Assembly: GCA_964304625.1 (NCBI GenBank)
Contig: OZ199838.1
Span: 9,877,741 to 9,941,740 of the forward strand
DNA length: 64,000 bases
From: Kudoa neothunni
Taxonomy: Eukaryota > Animalia > Cnidaria
Direction: 5' to 3'
Shown: positions 13,701 to 25,775 of the stretch, one piece after another
How positions within the stretch are numbered: position 1 is the first letter of the stretch
Layout: each line of letters starts with the position of its first letter
Program-made: the position numbers and the translations under genes
Notes under the pieces: model-generated
Databases searched by the model: none
What the model saw: only the letters and a program-made list of their open reading frames with translations
Told to the model about the DNA's origin: nothing

Positions 13701-14787
13701 AATGGATAAATATGGGTTTCCTCCAATCGACAGAACATTTGGAAACCGTATTCCAAACGAAATTCAAAGAGAGTTTAGATATAACATTGAAGATTTGAGA
13801 GAGAGTTTGTGTTGGTTAACAAACCCAAACTAATGAATGATCAACTTTATGCATTTAACTCCATATTGGATAGTGTTAACAATGGTAATACACATGATCA
13901 TATCTTCTTTTTAGATGCTCCAGGTATTGACGCTACTTTACTTCCAGATGGTAGAACAGCCTACAGCGTGTTCAAGTTGCCGTTAAATTTAAGTGATGAT
14001 ACCACAGTTACATGTAAAATATCTAAAGGAACTGTGCTCTCAGAATCGTTAAGATGTTGCGGCGCAATCATTTGGGATGAATGCATTATGGCGAATAAAG
14101 TGGCTCTAGGAACATTGAATCACAATTTAAGAGACATAACAGACAGTAATACGCCGCTTGGAGGTATCACTGTTGTATTATCTGGTGATTTTCGTCAAAC
14201 ATTGCCAGTTATACCGAAGGGAACCAGATATGACCAGGTAAATTATTGTTTAAAATCTTCATATTTATGACCCAGAGTAAAAACATTAAAACTTTCACCA
14301 ATGTACGAGTTTATTTGAACAACGAACATCAAGCAGGTGAAATTGCGGCTAACATTTTGAAAGTTGAGGAGGGGAAATCGGTAAGCGATGCTAATGGAAA
14401 TATACCAGTACATTTAATAGTCAACTTGGTTAATACACTGGATGAACTAAGGTGCATAGAATTCCCAGATACACATTTAAACTTTTCAAACATGGGTTGG
14501 TTACGTGAGCGAGGAATTTTGGCACCAACAATGTTGCCAGCATTATAAATAGTCAGATGATACGACTTATACCGGGAGAGGAGAGAGTTTACAAATCTTT
14601 TGACACCGTCGTAGATCCCTCGGAAAGTGTAAATTATCCTGTGGAATTTTTGAATAGTATTGAAATGTCAGGTCTACCGTTTCATGAAATTACTTTAAGG
14701 GTTGGGGTACCAATAATATTAATGAGGAATATTGATTCACCAAAACTATGTAACGGTACACAGTTGGCTGTGAAAAGATTGTATTAA
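10800..14787 (+). mobile_element. Helitron Rep-helicase pseudogene (HUH Rep + PIF1-type helicase)
   Basis: Fragments RKYNNAFQMTSF, FQQYAVDMFAKMESERL, ILPSSYTGSPRY, Rep motif YSIEWQKRGLPHAHIL, INVEYCNSVKSIKY, and helicase motifs IIWDEC, LSGDFRQTLPVIP, PIILMRNIDSPKLCNGT. Many stops and frameshifts; 3' truncated. Confidence 0.95.
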
Positions 14788-15131
14788 ATAGCTGCGTACA
14801 TTGTTATATACGCGCGCCAAGAAGTGCTAAAAATAGGCGTTACCAATTTCACACACATTTTTTCCACAATCCGAATAGATTGCCCAAAGCTGGTTAACGA
14901 TTGTACTTTCATTTAAAAAATATTAAACATGTTCACAAAACTTCGCGCATTTTAATTATGTTACTTAACAAATAATTGAGTAGTTGTTTGCGGTCTCGGG
15001 AGGGGGAGATTACGTAAAATTGGTCACTGACTGTATTATAATTTTTCTGGAGCGCGGAATCGATATTTATTTAACTTTGAATGGATATATGATGTTTGAA
15101 AATTTTAAATTTACAAGAAAAACAATTCTAT

Positions 15132-16188
15132 TTATATGGAAAAGTCGTCATAAGCATCGTAAAGCAATTTTCTGCAATACACAAATTGATTGTAGCCTCC
15201 ATTCGTAGGAATTTTGAGATCGCCAAGCAACGCACCATACCTTTAAAAAACAATCTACCTAACTTTAAATCAACAAAAAGCAACTTGGCAGCGTATTGTC
15301 TAGTGGCTGATAGTACATAAGAGGCAACATCGAGAAGAGGTTCTTTTTCGATTTCGGGAGTGGTCTAAACACAATGAAATTTAAAATATAATAGCTTGAG
15401 TACTTGTTCTTCAGATGCATGTAAAAGTTGTTCGCTTTCTTGCGCCGGTTGTTCATTTTTGATATCGCTGTCGACAAATTTACCTTGTTTAATTTTGATG
15501 AAATCAACTTCGTCATTCATCAATTTAATAAATTCTTCTTCGTTAACTTTGAGCTAAAATTCCATTGAAAACAAATAACGAAAATCACGAGCTACTTTGC
15601 TGTATCGAGAACGTTTTTGTTTCCTGGATTTTTCTTGTTCGATCATCTCCATGGTTTTATCAGCGTCAATATTATTAGTGAGACAATAAACTAAAAATAA
15701 ATAAATAAAAGCTGTTTTCAGTGCGTTAACAATTTCTACATACTAATATCTTCGATTTTTTCAGCGTAGTTGTTGTAAGCAGAAACAGGATCTGGTTCGT
15801 CTGCAAAATCTTTCAAACCAAGATCAAAACTTTAAGTACGATTAAAAATTTTAATATCCACTACAATTATACGTTCTTAGAACATCATTACGTATAGAAA
15901 TCTCCTTTTCCACATTTATATCATCGAATAGTTGCAGTCGGTAGTCATCTTTTGTCAGTTTTTTAGAACATTTAAAGCAGAGAGCTGCATGTTTTTTAAA
16001 AATAGAATTAACGCAGTTGACGCATCTAAAATATGCAATAAGGCTTTAATTCTACTCAATTCTATAGCGATCGCTCACATTGGATGCAAACAAGGTCCAA
16101 TCATAAAGGACAACTCTTCGCCTCGTTTAGTGTTTGATTTGCAATTTTGGCATATTTTAATATTGTTGCTACTGCTACCAGTTAACAT
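15132..16188 (-). CDS. MNAT1: CDK-activating kinase assembly factor MAT1, multi-exon
   Basis: Missed by the ORF track. Spliced translation gives a C3HC4 RING (CQNC...GPCLHP|ICVNC...CFKC), then YRLQLFDDINVEKEISIR, YNNYAEKIEDI|.YCLTNNID, and C-terminal GGYNQFVYCRKLLYDAY. All match the MAT1 layout. Confidence 0.85.
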
Positions 16189-16531
16189 CGAGGCAGTTGT
16201 AAAGGGTTTCTGTTTAACTGTTTAGAGATGACTGCGCATTTCTTATTTTTTTGAGTCGTAAATTTCCAACTGATTGTAAAATTTCAGCCAAAACAAAATT
16301 ACTTCAAATAATGAAGAATTAATTACTCATCAAGTAAACGATCAATAATCATTTTTTATTTTTACATTATATAAAGTAAACCTTTAAAAAATTAATATTA
16401 TTTCAAACAATTCCGCAATCTAATAAGTTAAAGTTTAACGTTTCATAAAACTTTATTCAAAATAGAGTGAAATATACTCCAGGTGTACTTTCGGTAAAAT
16501 TCGGTATCTATCAAGTGTGGATTAACAAAGA

Positions 16532-17318
16532 ATGCCTTTGACCATTAAAAATGCAGGAAAAATCAGGTCAAATATATTAAAAAAATTGGAATCAAACGTG
16601 GAATCGATATCACTTGAAAAGGTACTGTTAGTTGGCCGGATTGACCGGTTAGAATTGTGTTACAAATTTCTCAGAATAAAAACTATAAATTTTAATTCGA
16701 ATTTAGACACTCTCTAAAATATCTCTTCCGTCAAACTTGGAGCAGTTAGAGAAGGCGCCATTATTTCATAAGTCGATATCGGCAAGGAAGAAAGAAAATA
16801 AAGTGAATTTTGTATTGAGAACAATATGTTTGAAATGTGGCGTTATTAGAAAAAGACACAGGAATCAACTGGAAAGATGTGGTACAATATGCCTAAAACC
16901 GAATTGGACGAAACTCAACAACGAGATCTGCAACTGCTAAGAGCCAGATCTGGTATTGATCTGACTCGATTCTATCGAAAAGATAATTCCAAAAACCACT
17001 CCAAATATATTCAAGTATGCTACAGTTGAATAAGAACATTTAATTGTGTAATTCTTAATTGATAGGTCGGTACAGTTGTTGATGCACCTGAAGATTTCTA
17101 CTCGAATTTGTCAAAAAAAGAAAAACCGAAATCATTCGTAGAGCAAATCCTAGAAGATAACCAATTAAGAAGGTATATTTTGGGGGTGACTGTAGAATTT
17201 GCATCAACTGATTTTTGTCTATAGTCGTATAAGAAAAAGACATAAAGCTATTGTTCACACTAGAAGTCAGGTGAAAAAATACTGGAAGAAAGGCAAGAAA
17301 ACATCACATAACAAATAA
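16532..17318 (+). CDS. Fcf2-domain pre-rRNA processing protein (DNTTIP2/Fcf2-like), ~4 exons
   Basis: Spliced STGKMWYNMPKTELDETQQRDLQLLRARSGIDLTRFYRK...KYIQ|VGTVVDAPEDFYSNLSKKEKPKSFVEQILED matches the Fcf2 domain. Basic C-terminus; stop 17316-17318. Confidence 0.85.
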
Positions 17319-17547
17319 ACGTTCTTTTTACTGTCTAGATTTGTATATTATCTGAACGGAGTTGTTTTTATTATTCTCATAAAAGTTATTTATAATCCTT
17401 TAAAATAAGAGAACTTGAAGCACTGAAAAAAATACAATTTTTTATGTTTAATTGCGTTTACTCACAACTTATGGAAAAATTAATATAGGGTTTTCTTATA
17501 CTGCTAAAATTTCGCTACGTCTAATCAGCCACAACTGATAAATAAGA

Positions 17548-17888
17548 TGTTTCCTCCAGAGTAAGACACGGTCTTACATTAATTTTACACAAGAGATAGT
17601 TACTAGACTTTATTTTTGGGGTAGGTCTCATATTTTGACATAAAATCAAAAATATTATACTCCTATATGATTATCTAAAAAAGTAATGTGGATTAAATTT
17701 TCTATATCAACAAATTATTGCTATTATTATCTTTTTAAAAAACGTTATTATTCATTATTGTTGTAACTAAAGCCCATTAATCATGGTCATACCGAACAGT
17801 CACTATCAAGATACTTTGAAACAATGTCAGGTTTTATTTAAAAATCCTATTAAAAATATCGCTAGATTTTATTTTCGATGAAACACGG
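17548..17888. mobile_element. Pogo/Tigger-type MITE, family copy 2
   Basis: TGTTTCCTCCAGAGTAAGAC ... TTTTATTTTCGATGAAACACGG|ta; internal sequence aligns by eye with 43052-43600. Confidence 0.65.
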
Positions 17889-18959
17889 TAAGTAGATGTA
17901 ATATATATTCCGCGCGTATAATAAATAGAAACACACCAAATAATTCACCTACCCCCAACTACCGCCGCTTAAGTCTGTACATTACAATAGAAGTTACTGT
18001 ACAACAAAATTTCGCAGCGATTACAGTATATCTTCTTTGTAACAACTCAGCATTAGTCGTGTGTCTTACAGCTCCACTTTTCGGATTCTACGATAGCTAG
18101 CATCGATAATACATTCAAATTGCCGAAATGCAGTGTTCCCCGATTCATTTTAGTTTTCCGCACCCCTTCTTAAATAAGTGGTTTAAAATGGATTTATTTT
18201 TTTGTGGGAAAAATATTTTTATTGAATTACATTAAAAAGGAAAAATCTGTCGACTTTAACTAGAAAACAAATATGAATAAAATAAATTAAATGTTTAAAA
18301 TTTGCATTCTTGTATTTTTTGTATATCATTAAGTCAAATGGGGATCTTTATCAGATAAAGATATAAATAAATCATTATTAGGAAAGGTAATAGATATGTT
18401 AATACTTTTGCGCCAAATATCAGACGTAAATAGTCGCGCTTGTGCCGAGTGTTGGATTTTGTAGATATTTTTGTTCTAATTATAAATTAAAAATTTAATG
18501 AAGAAAATAAACATATGATCAAATCTCGAATGTAAAATTTTAGTTAAACTAATTTTTGAGTACACATTGATTTAATTTGAAGTATAAAAATCTAAAATAA
18601 TTCAACAAAAAAACTTAATCTTGACGATAAAGTTGAATTCTTACTTTCCTTATAGTTTATTTAAAAAAATAAATAATACAATTTTCAAAGATTCGGCTCA
18701 TTTTGAAACACTTATTACGTCGCTCATCGTAACCTTTAAAATAAATATTTTATATTTGTTTATGTTAGGGCGTTTAAGATTCGAACCAAATAATTTATGA
18801 ATGATAAATAAATAAGTTATCGTGTATATTTCGTATACTAATAAATATAAAATAATAGATTGAAAGAAATTAATTTCAAGTAAAATTCATAAAATGACTA
18901 TTTGTTAATCAAATTTATTTCAGCTTCGATTTCGCACGAGGCGCACATGATGTATTTTC

Positions 18960-19470
18960 GATTTTTTACAAGGTCAAACCCCTGGCGCAACTTGTTAGTT
19001 TGTGAGATTCGAGCTGATTAGACTTTCTCCATTTTCGCTGTAGGCACCATAGCGTCAAATTACGGCGGCTTACGTTTATGCGGTAATGTGGGATTGTAGC
19101 CTACTAAACATCCACGTTTCGGAGCAACCACCACCTCAATCTTACCCTGAACTAACCCAGAATTAGTCTGGGAAAGTCGTCTGAATGCGGGCGTCAGCTA
19201 TACGGATATCCCCTACTGGGTTTTATATCGTTCCTGTATCCCGGCGTTTATGGGCGCTCGCCCGAGTTCCACCCATCCGCCAGTCTCCTCTTCCAGCCGC
19301 AAGCAAGACCACGATAAATTTTAGATCCTTGGGAATACTACAGCTTTCTTACTTAATTTGGATTAGAAGTACAGGAACGTCCGGACTAGGCCTCGATCTA
19401 GCAACCTCAAGGAATGTGAGCTCGACCTAACATCACTATGTCATATTGTTCAGGCACGAAACCTGAGAAA
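18960..19470 (-). repeat. GC-rich ~500-bp non-coding dispersed element, copy A
   Basis: Colinear reverse complement of 49000-49520 (e.g. CAAACCCCTGGCGCAACTTGTTAG, CTTACGTTTATGCGG, CTGGGAAAGTCGTCTGAATG). Confidence 0.8.
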
Positions 19471-19667
19471 AAGTGCGTATTAATTAGCATAGCTGGCTAA
19501 TTAATACGCGCTATTGGAAGCATATATTTCCAAGAGAGATTCTGATTATTTACAATCGGTGCATTACGTTCAAAGCATATTCGGTCGTACAAAGTTTTCT
19601 TTGCCACAGGATGTGAGTCTCGGACCTCCAATCGATAAACCCTGTACTATCTTGTATTATTATATCA

Positions 19668-21597
19668 CTAGCGCCAATGCCCAACTTTGCTTGGTACGTG
19701 TGATGGTAAATTTTAATTTGTAGTTTTATTTTTGAATGGAGAAATTCTACGGAAGATTTAATCTAATTATCACATTAAACCCTGTAAATTTTATTATTCT
19801 GTATTAATTGATGCATTTTAAAGCTTGTTCCTATTTTTGTAATGTGATGATTTAGTTAAACAAAAATATGCGTACATTTTTCATTCAAATATAAATAGAG
19901 GTATTGAGAGAAATTAATGAGTATTTTTAAGTTTATTTTACAAATTATTGACCAAAAATATAATTACCTTAATTTGATAAGAAATCTAATTAACGATTAA
20001 AGTTCATTTATTTATTAAACAAAATCATTAAGTAACTTAAGTAGGACTTTAGGTTCTTTTCAAAATCTTCCGACAAAAATTAATCCTTCTAGTTATAAAA
20101 TTTATTGTTAGTCTACAAACAATAAAAAAAATAAAATCGACCCAAGGTGTGTCAGCAATAAAAATATTAATTGTTACTCATTTTTTTCGATTGTCTAAGG
20201 GGTGTTAATGAGGTTTTAAAAAGCTGTGAGCGGTAATTTAGGTATTCATTATTTTAACGTAATTTCCTGATTTTTTAATAAATGAAACCTTTCTTTTTAA
20301 CAAAAACACTTACTGGTTCAAAAATATACAAATTCAATTGACAAAATACGATTAAATCTAAAATGTAAAGATGGTTTTGGTTTGAAAAATTACAGTAATG
20401 CTTAAATATCAACTGGTTTTCTCGAAGGAGTGCATCATTTTAAAAATATGCGTACTGTTTGGTTGTCCTAAGAAAATTTCTTTGTATTAAATTATTCTTA
20501 GGTTAACGAAAACTTTGTGAAATATCGGTTAGATCGAATAGACCAATAATCCCTTATTAACTTACATGGCACGTATTGAGATTGAGAGGGGACTGTATTT
20601 TGTATAAAAGTAATCGTGAATATAAATTCTTAAACTACGTATAGAATGAGGTGTCACATATTTTCATGCAGCTTTTATATCATAATGAATTAGTTTTAGC
20701 GAAAAGAAAATTATATTTATTTGAATATTAACTTTAAGGTCTGGAGGTAAGGAATAATTAGGTTATTAAGAACTTAAACATTATTTAAAAAATTATCTCA
20801 TCAAATATAGAAACTCACTGAATTAGTAATGCTAGCTATTTTTCATGAAAGTTTAGGAAAACCAAAAAATGAGTAAATACTTATCGAAAGACGAATATGG
20901 TTTCAATCTCAATCGATATGTTTGATAAAAGAAGTTTTCATTTGAGATGCTTTCACAAAAATTGTATTATTGGAAAAGTTTACACACATCCTACATCGTT
21001 TTTAGAATGCGTATAGAGACCCAAATTATTTCAACATGGCAACAACCTTAATATCGAATTATGTGTTTTATTTAAAATGATTATAAATTCTTTCGCTTAA
21101 CTATATCCATAACGCTTGAAAATTGGAAATACATCCTAAAGAATTTGATTATTCTTCAAATTTTAAGGGAAGTGCAACAACTCTTGTAAATATGACGGTA
21201 ATAGTTTTATTTGTCTTACAACTTCTCAAAACAGGCATACTTAACATTTTTAAAACATTCTATACAATCATTAAAAGATTCTCTCTGTGTATGGTGAGTA
21301 AAAGTTTATTCTAATTGAGAATCACTCTGAAGTAGACAAACATCAATATTATGCAGGTATTTCTTAACATCTGTTAATTGATGTAAACAACCAGACAATT
21401 CCTTACTTCTGATAGCGATATGGATTATATTTATACTTCTAAGTGAATGAATGATTTTTATTAATGGTATTATCTATTCAAATGCAAACTAAAAGCTGTA
21501 TTTAAAAAAAGTTGCTCCATGACACATACGGCGTATTGCCACAAATACACACTGACAGACATAAAACTTATATATATATATATATATATATATTAGA
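19668..21597 (-). mobile_element. Non-autonomous Helitron (~1.9 kb)
   Basis: Minus strand begins TCTAA(TA)n...AAGTTTTATGTCTGTCAGTGTGT, a typical Helitron 5' end with microsatellite. It ends with hairpin CCAAGCAAAGTTGG then ...GGCGCTAG|T (CTAG 19668-19671). Pairing of the two ends is inferred; the 5' flank is T rather than A. Confidence 0.55.
21569..21593. repeat. (TA)n microsatellite in Helitron 5' end
   Basis: Visible TA run. Confidence 0.9.
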
Positions 21598-21748
21598 AGG
21601 CGCATAAAAATACATAATCAAGAGATTTGAAAACAACAATATTAAAATAACCACTAATGGAGCCAACCCAACTGATTAACGAATCAATTGATTATTTTAA
21701 TTAGTTTTGCTTTCTGTGCTAGCTTTGTCCGCATCAGCTAAAGTCAAA

Positions 21749-22968
21749 TCACGAAAGTTTCGATAAACCAAAATTACGAATTTGGCTTGACTCATTCCCT
21801 AACTTTTTGGCATGCAATAATCGATTGTTCAACAAATCATTTAGTAGCGTAATATTTTTACAAATCACAGCCATATATGTCACCACAAGGTTGTCATTGT
21901 GGTGAAGATCAGCTATTTTTGTTATATCCATTTGACTGACCAAAAAAAGCTGGTTAAGAAGCGATTGCACTTGAAACAGAATTTGATTGTTGATGGGTAG
22001 TTTTGAGTGAACAATCAATGTGAGATAACGGATAACACTCTCCAGTGAGACGGTTAGGTGGTTCATGGAATCAAACTGAGCATTCACAAAACGTGTCAGC
22101 ATTCCCACATTGTCTTTTGGAGTGAATCTGTTTAAAGTAAATTATTATTACTAATGTCATAAAACTAGGCCAGTCAAATGAGTAACAATCAGCTTGAAGA
22201 TGGCTGATAGTACATAATAAATGTATTATACCTTTGAAGTTGAGTTATCGCCATTTCTTCCGCACTATCGTACATATATTCACATTTTATATAATCGAAT
22301 CCACGAGTAGCTTTAGTGCCATCCTTAAATAAACAGTATTAAACAATATATTTCAATGGGGATGTCATAGTTACAGATCTAACTTTCTCCGCTGCTATGT
22401 ACGCTTTTATAGGTAAACAATCCTTCTTGTTGAAGTCAAATAGTATTAATATCTAAATTAATCAATAAAATATCTATCACCTCAAGTAATGTTCGGTTCA
22501 TACAGGAACATCAATCATATCCGAGAAAGCTCCATGAATTTGAACATCTGCAGCAATAATCTGATCACCATTATGGTACCAACCAACCAAATGATTGTTT
22601 GCTATATACAAAAGTAATTAACTCGATCAACGGAATTCCATTAGAACGTACGATCAAGTTTGTTTAGTTTTTCAGCAAATAACTTCACATAATCCGCATC
22701 AATGTACCATATGCTGTTGTTTTCTTTGCATTCGTCATAAGGAACTTAAAACACAATATATACGAACTAACGCTTCAAACATCTTACTAGCAAACGAGGA
22801 AGTAATTTCTACGGTATTATCTTTGTAACAACCCATCAAAGCACCAATGATACGATTCAATTGTTTCGAATCGGTATTGGACCTTTTAATGTGATCCCAA
22901 ACTGAAAAAACAACCTCTGGATGAAGAAAAACAGGAGCATCAATTTTTCTGGTCACTATATGCGACAT
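21749..22968 (-). CDS. PSMD7: 26S proteasome regulatory subunit Rpn8 (MPN domain), ~6 exons
   Basis: VFLHPEVVFSVWDH...RIIGALMG...EITSSFA|IPYDE...IWYIDADY...LVGWYHNG...LPIKAY...DGT...KLPINNQILFQVQ...NDNLVVTY. The W-x-x-D, LPINxQI and ND motifs fit Rpn8 rather than eIF3f. Confidence 0.88.
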
Positions 22969-23020
22969 CGGTTTGGTTCGCCCCTCCGAGCTTTGGCGTA
23001 AACGACGTATTACTTCGAGT
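22969..23020. promoter_or_regulatory. Putative minimal bidirectional promoter/5' UTR region between PSMD7 and NAXE
   Basis: Only 52 nt, GC-richer than the flanks, between the divergent ATGs. Confidence 0.5.
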
Positions 23021-23903
23021 ATGAAGAGAATTGCATCTTCAACTTATCTTTCACAATTCGCTGCTACCAATCTTGATAATGAGTGGTTTAAACTGACCAA
23101 CGTTATAAAGTTGATGGAGGTAGCGGGTATTTAACTTAAATTACACACAATCCTACAACTTAGCCCCATCTAATGCGAGATTGTTCTGTTAGGACTTGGA
23201 GTAGCTCAATGCATATATGAGTGTTATCCAGTGGAAACTTATAAAAAACCCCTTATTGTCTCAGGTCCTGGAAATAACGGAGGTGATGGCTTAGTCGCCG
23301 CCAAGTTTTTAAAATATTTTGTATATTCAACGTCAATTGAGATACGCCCTTGATTGGTTTCTATTGTGATAGGGCTATAATCCATCTTTCTACTGTCCCA
23401 AACTCAACACCAGACCCTATTATGCTGAGTTGCTTGAAGAATGTAGAGCTTATGGGGTGAAGGAGGTTGATCTCAATGCAAAGTCATTTGAAGATGTGCT
23501 ATCCGAACATGATTTTATAATCGATACGATATTCGGTTTCAGTTTTAAGCCCCCTCTGCGACCACCATTCAATGAAATCATGTCAAAATTAACTCTGACA
23601 ACCGTTCCGATTGTTTCAGTAGATATCCCCTCCGGTAATGATTGAATTCCCTCTATAAGAACTTGAGAATTTTGTAAAGGTTGGCCTGTTGATGAACGTG
23701 TAATCAGTAGGAATCACGATGATGACCCCTTGATTAACCCAGAAACTTTAATTTCGGTTACCTGGCCGAAAATTTGCGCTTCGAGTTTCAACGGAAAAAA
23801 CCACTATCTTGTAATGACTGGTCCTCCTAGATCCATAATAGATAAGTATAATTTGGATTCTAGCCTCATCAAAGGAAACTCTTTGTTCGTCAAATTAAAT
23901 TAG
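23021..23903 (+). CDS. NAXE: NAD(P)H-hydrate epimerase (YjeF N-terminal domain), 4 exons
   Basis: YLSQFAATNLDNEWF...LMEVAG|LGVAQCI...SGPGNNGGDGLVAA...IIDTIFGFSFKPPLRPPF...IVSVDIPSG|W...LISVTWPK; stop 23901-23903. Confidence 0.92.
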
Positions 23904-25775
23904 TGACAAATTTTTTTTATTTGTTATATCGATGATTTTTTATGCTGCATAATCCATTGGGGTTTTGCTTGTGTATATTAGGGCAAACTAAAAATTTCGT
24001 AAAATTTTTTGGCATGTAATTAATTTTTGATAAATGGTGGATTTTATGATTATAATTTAAAGCAATATTTCTGATACGATGATTATATTGTTTAAATATA
24101 TTATTTATCGTACATATATTAGGGGGTTTTTCATTTTTCAAAATTATTAAAAATTAAAAAACTCATCACACGTCACCAGACAAGGCTTCGATTTCGCGCT
24201 AATTATTATTAGGAGACAATTTTACGAAAAGTAATTTAAAAACCAACTGTAAAATTCTTCCACTACATTAATCCCGTGCATCAATATAATGATAGGTTTG
24301 TTACTTTGAGATAAAAGTTAATTTCTTTTGATACAGTACGATAATATGAAAAAATGGCAAGAAATGTTTTGTAATTAATCCAGTTAAATTTCATTTGAAA
24401 TGGATCGAACCTTATCTGGTCATTGGTAATAAATGGAGATAATAGTTTTCAACGTTTATTTTTAAAAAACTCGACGACTAAAATCGACGTATAATTTGGT
24501 CGATTCAGTAGAGCGCATGCGCGGGCGTTTAAACATTCCTAATTAAAAAAGTTGGATCAAGCTCCTCACAAAAACATTTTCTTATAAAATAGCTAGAGCG
24601 GAAAAACGTCGAGAACAATAATAGAAAACAAATTTTTCTTAATTTTGCTATTTTTTCTATCTACAAAAATAACTGGCAGGAAAGTGCCTTGAAACGCTTT
24701 TTAACTATGTTTCTTTTCTTTTATTTTCTTGTAAATCCTATCTTGTTGTAAAGATAATTTCACGTTGCAATATTTGCAAGAAATTTCATTTTTCACTTTC
24801 TCTATGTCGATCTATTCAACAAGAAAACTATAAATTTCTCTCACGTTACTACCCATTTCAAGTTTTCGGGGGATTCCGAATTTTTCCGGAAAATAAACGT
24901 CGGAACTTTTTTTTTAAATTCGACGAATAAAATCGATTTTAGTCGAAAACTACGATCCCTAATTATGAATTATAGCAAATATCAAATTATTAAATGATCA
25001 TTAAAATATGAGATGTTGCTTGCATTATAGCGTGATCTCAGAAAGGTTTAAAATTTATTTGAGTTGGAATTAAGAGTTGATTTTCATTAAATAATAATTC
25101 TTAGAAAATTTAATGAATAACCTACTCTAGTAAAAATTAGCAAATTAACTGACAGGCACGCCCTTTTGTGTCTATTACACATTATCGATAATAGCTATAT
25201 TATGATCAAATATGATAATCATCGTTAAACCATCTCTATGCTGGGAAACTAAACGCATGTCGCACGTTAGGAAATATGAATATAAGTAAATTCTCTGTCC
25301 AATAACTACATCAATTAACCAACCGTATCAAAAAGAACCTTATTTAACTTAACATACCCAAAATTGAATAATTTAACATTTGAGCAGAGTAAAAAACCAA
25401 ACCGCGAGACTTCCAATCAACTTAATTTAGTGAATCTACAAAAGATGTTTGTACTATCTTAGATTCGTTATTAAATTGATTCATCGTTTAGAAATCACGC
25501 CCACAAACGATCCATCTTTACTCAACTATCGCCAACAAAATATATTAATACCGCTAATCAATTCAATTATTGGCATAGTAAATAGTTAGCGCCTGTTAAG
25601 AATATTAACATTAAACGTTATATCACGATTAATGAATTAATTTCTTGTATTATTCGGCTGAAAAGAATGTAAATTTCTGATCGGTTGTATCTATATATTG
25701 AATGTTGTGTTGTTTCGAATAATTCGTGGGGGCACAAACAACTGTTGCTCGCGACTGTGTATAACAAGAATAAGA

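Noticed and set aside
10800-14787. Possible alternative genetic code suggested by in-frame TGA/TAA in TE ORFs
   Set aside because: The stops are accompanied by frameshifts and confined to TEs. Host genes use TAA, TAG and TGA as normal terminators.
15932-16225. 97-aa plus-strand ORF
   Set aside because: Antisense to MNAT1 exons, TTG start, no recognisable domain.
24470-24965. 13-bp inverted repeat CGACTAAAATCGA and a TAGGGATCG-like end
   Set aside because: Probably a MITE remnant, but the left terminus and TSD could not be defined.
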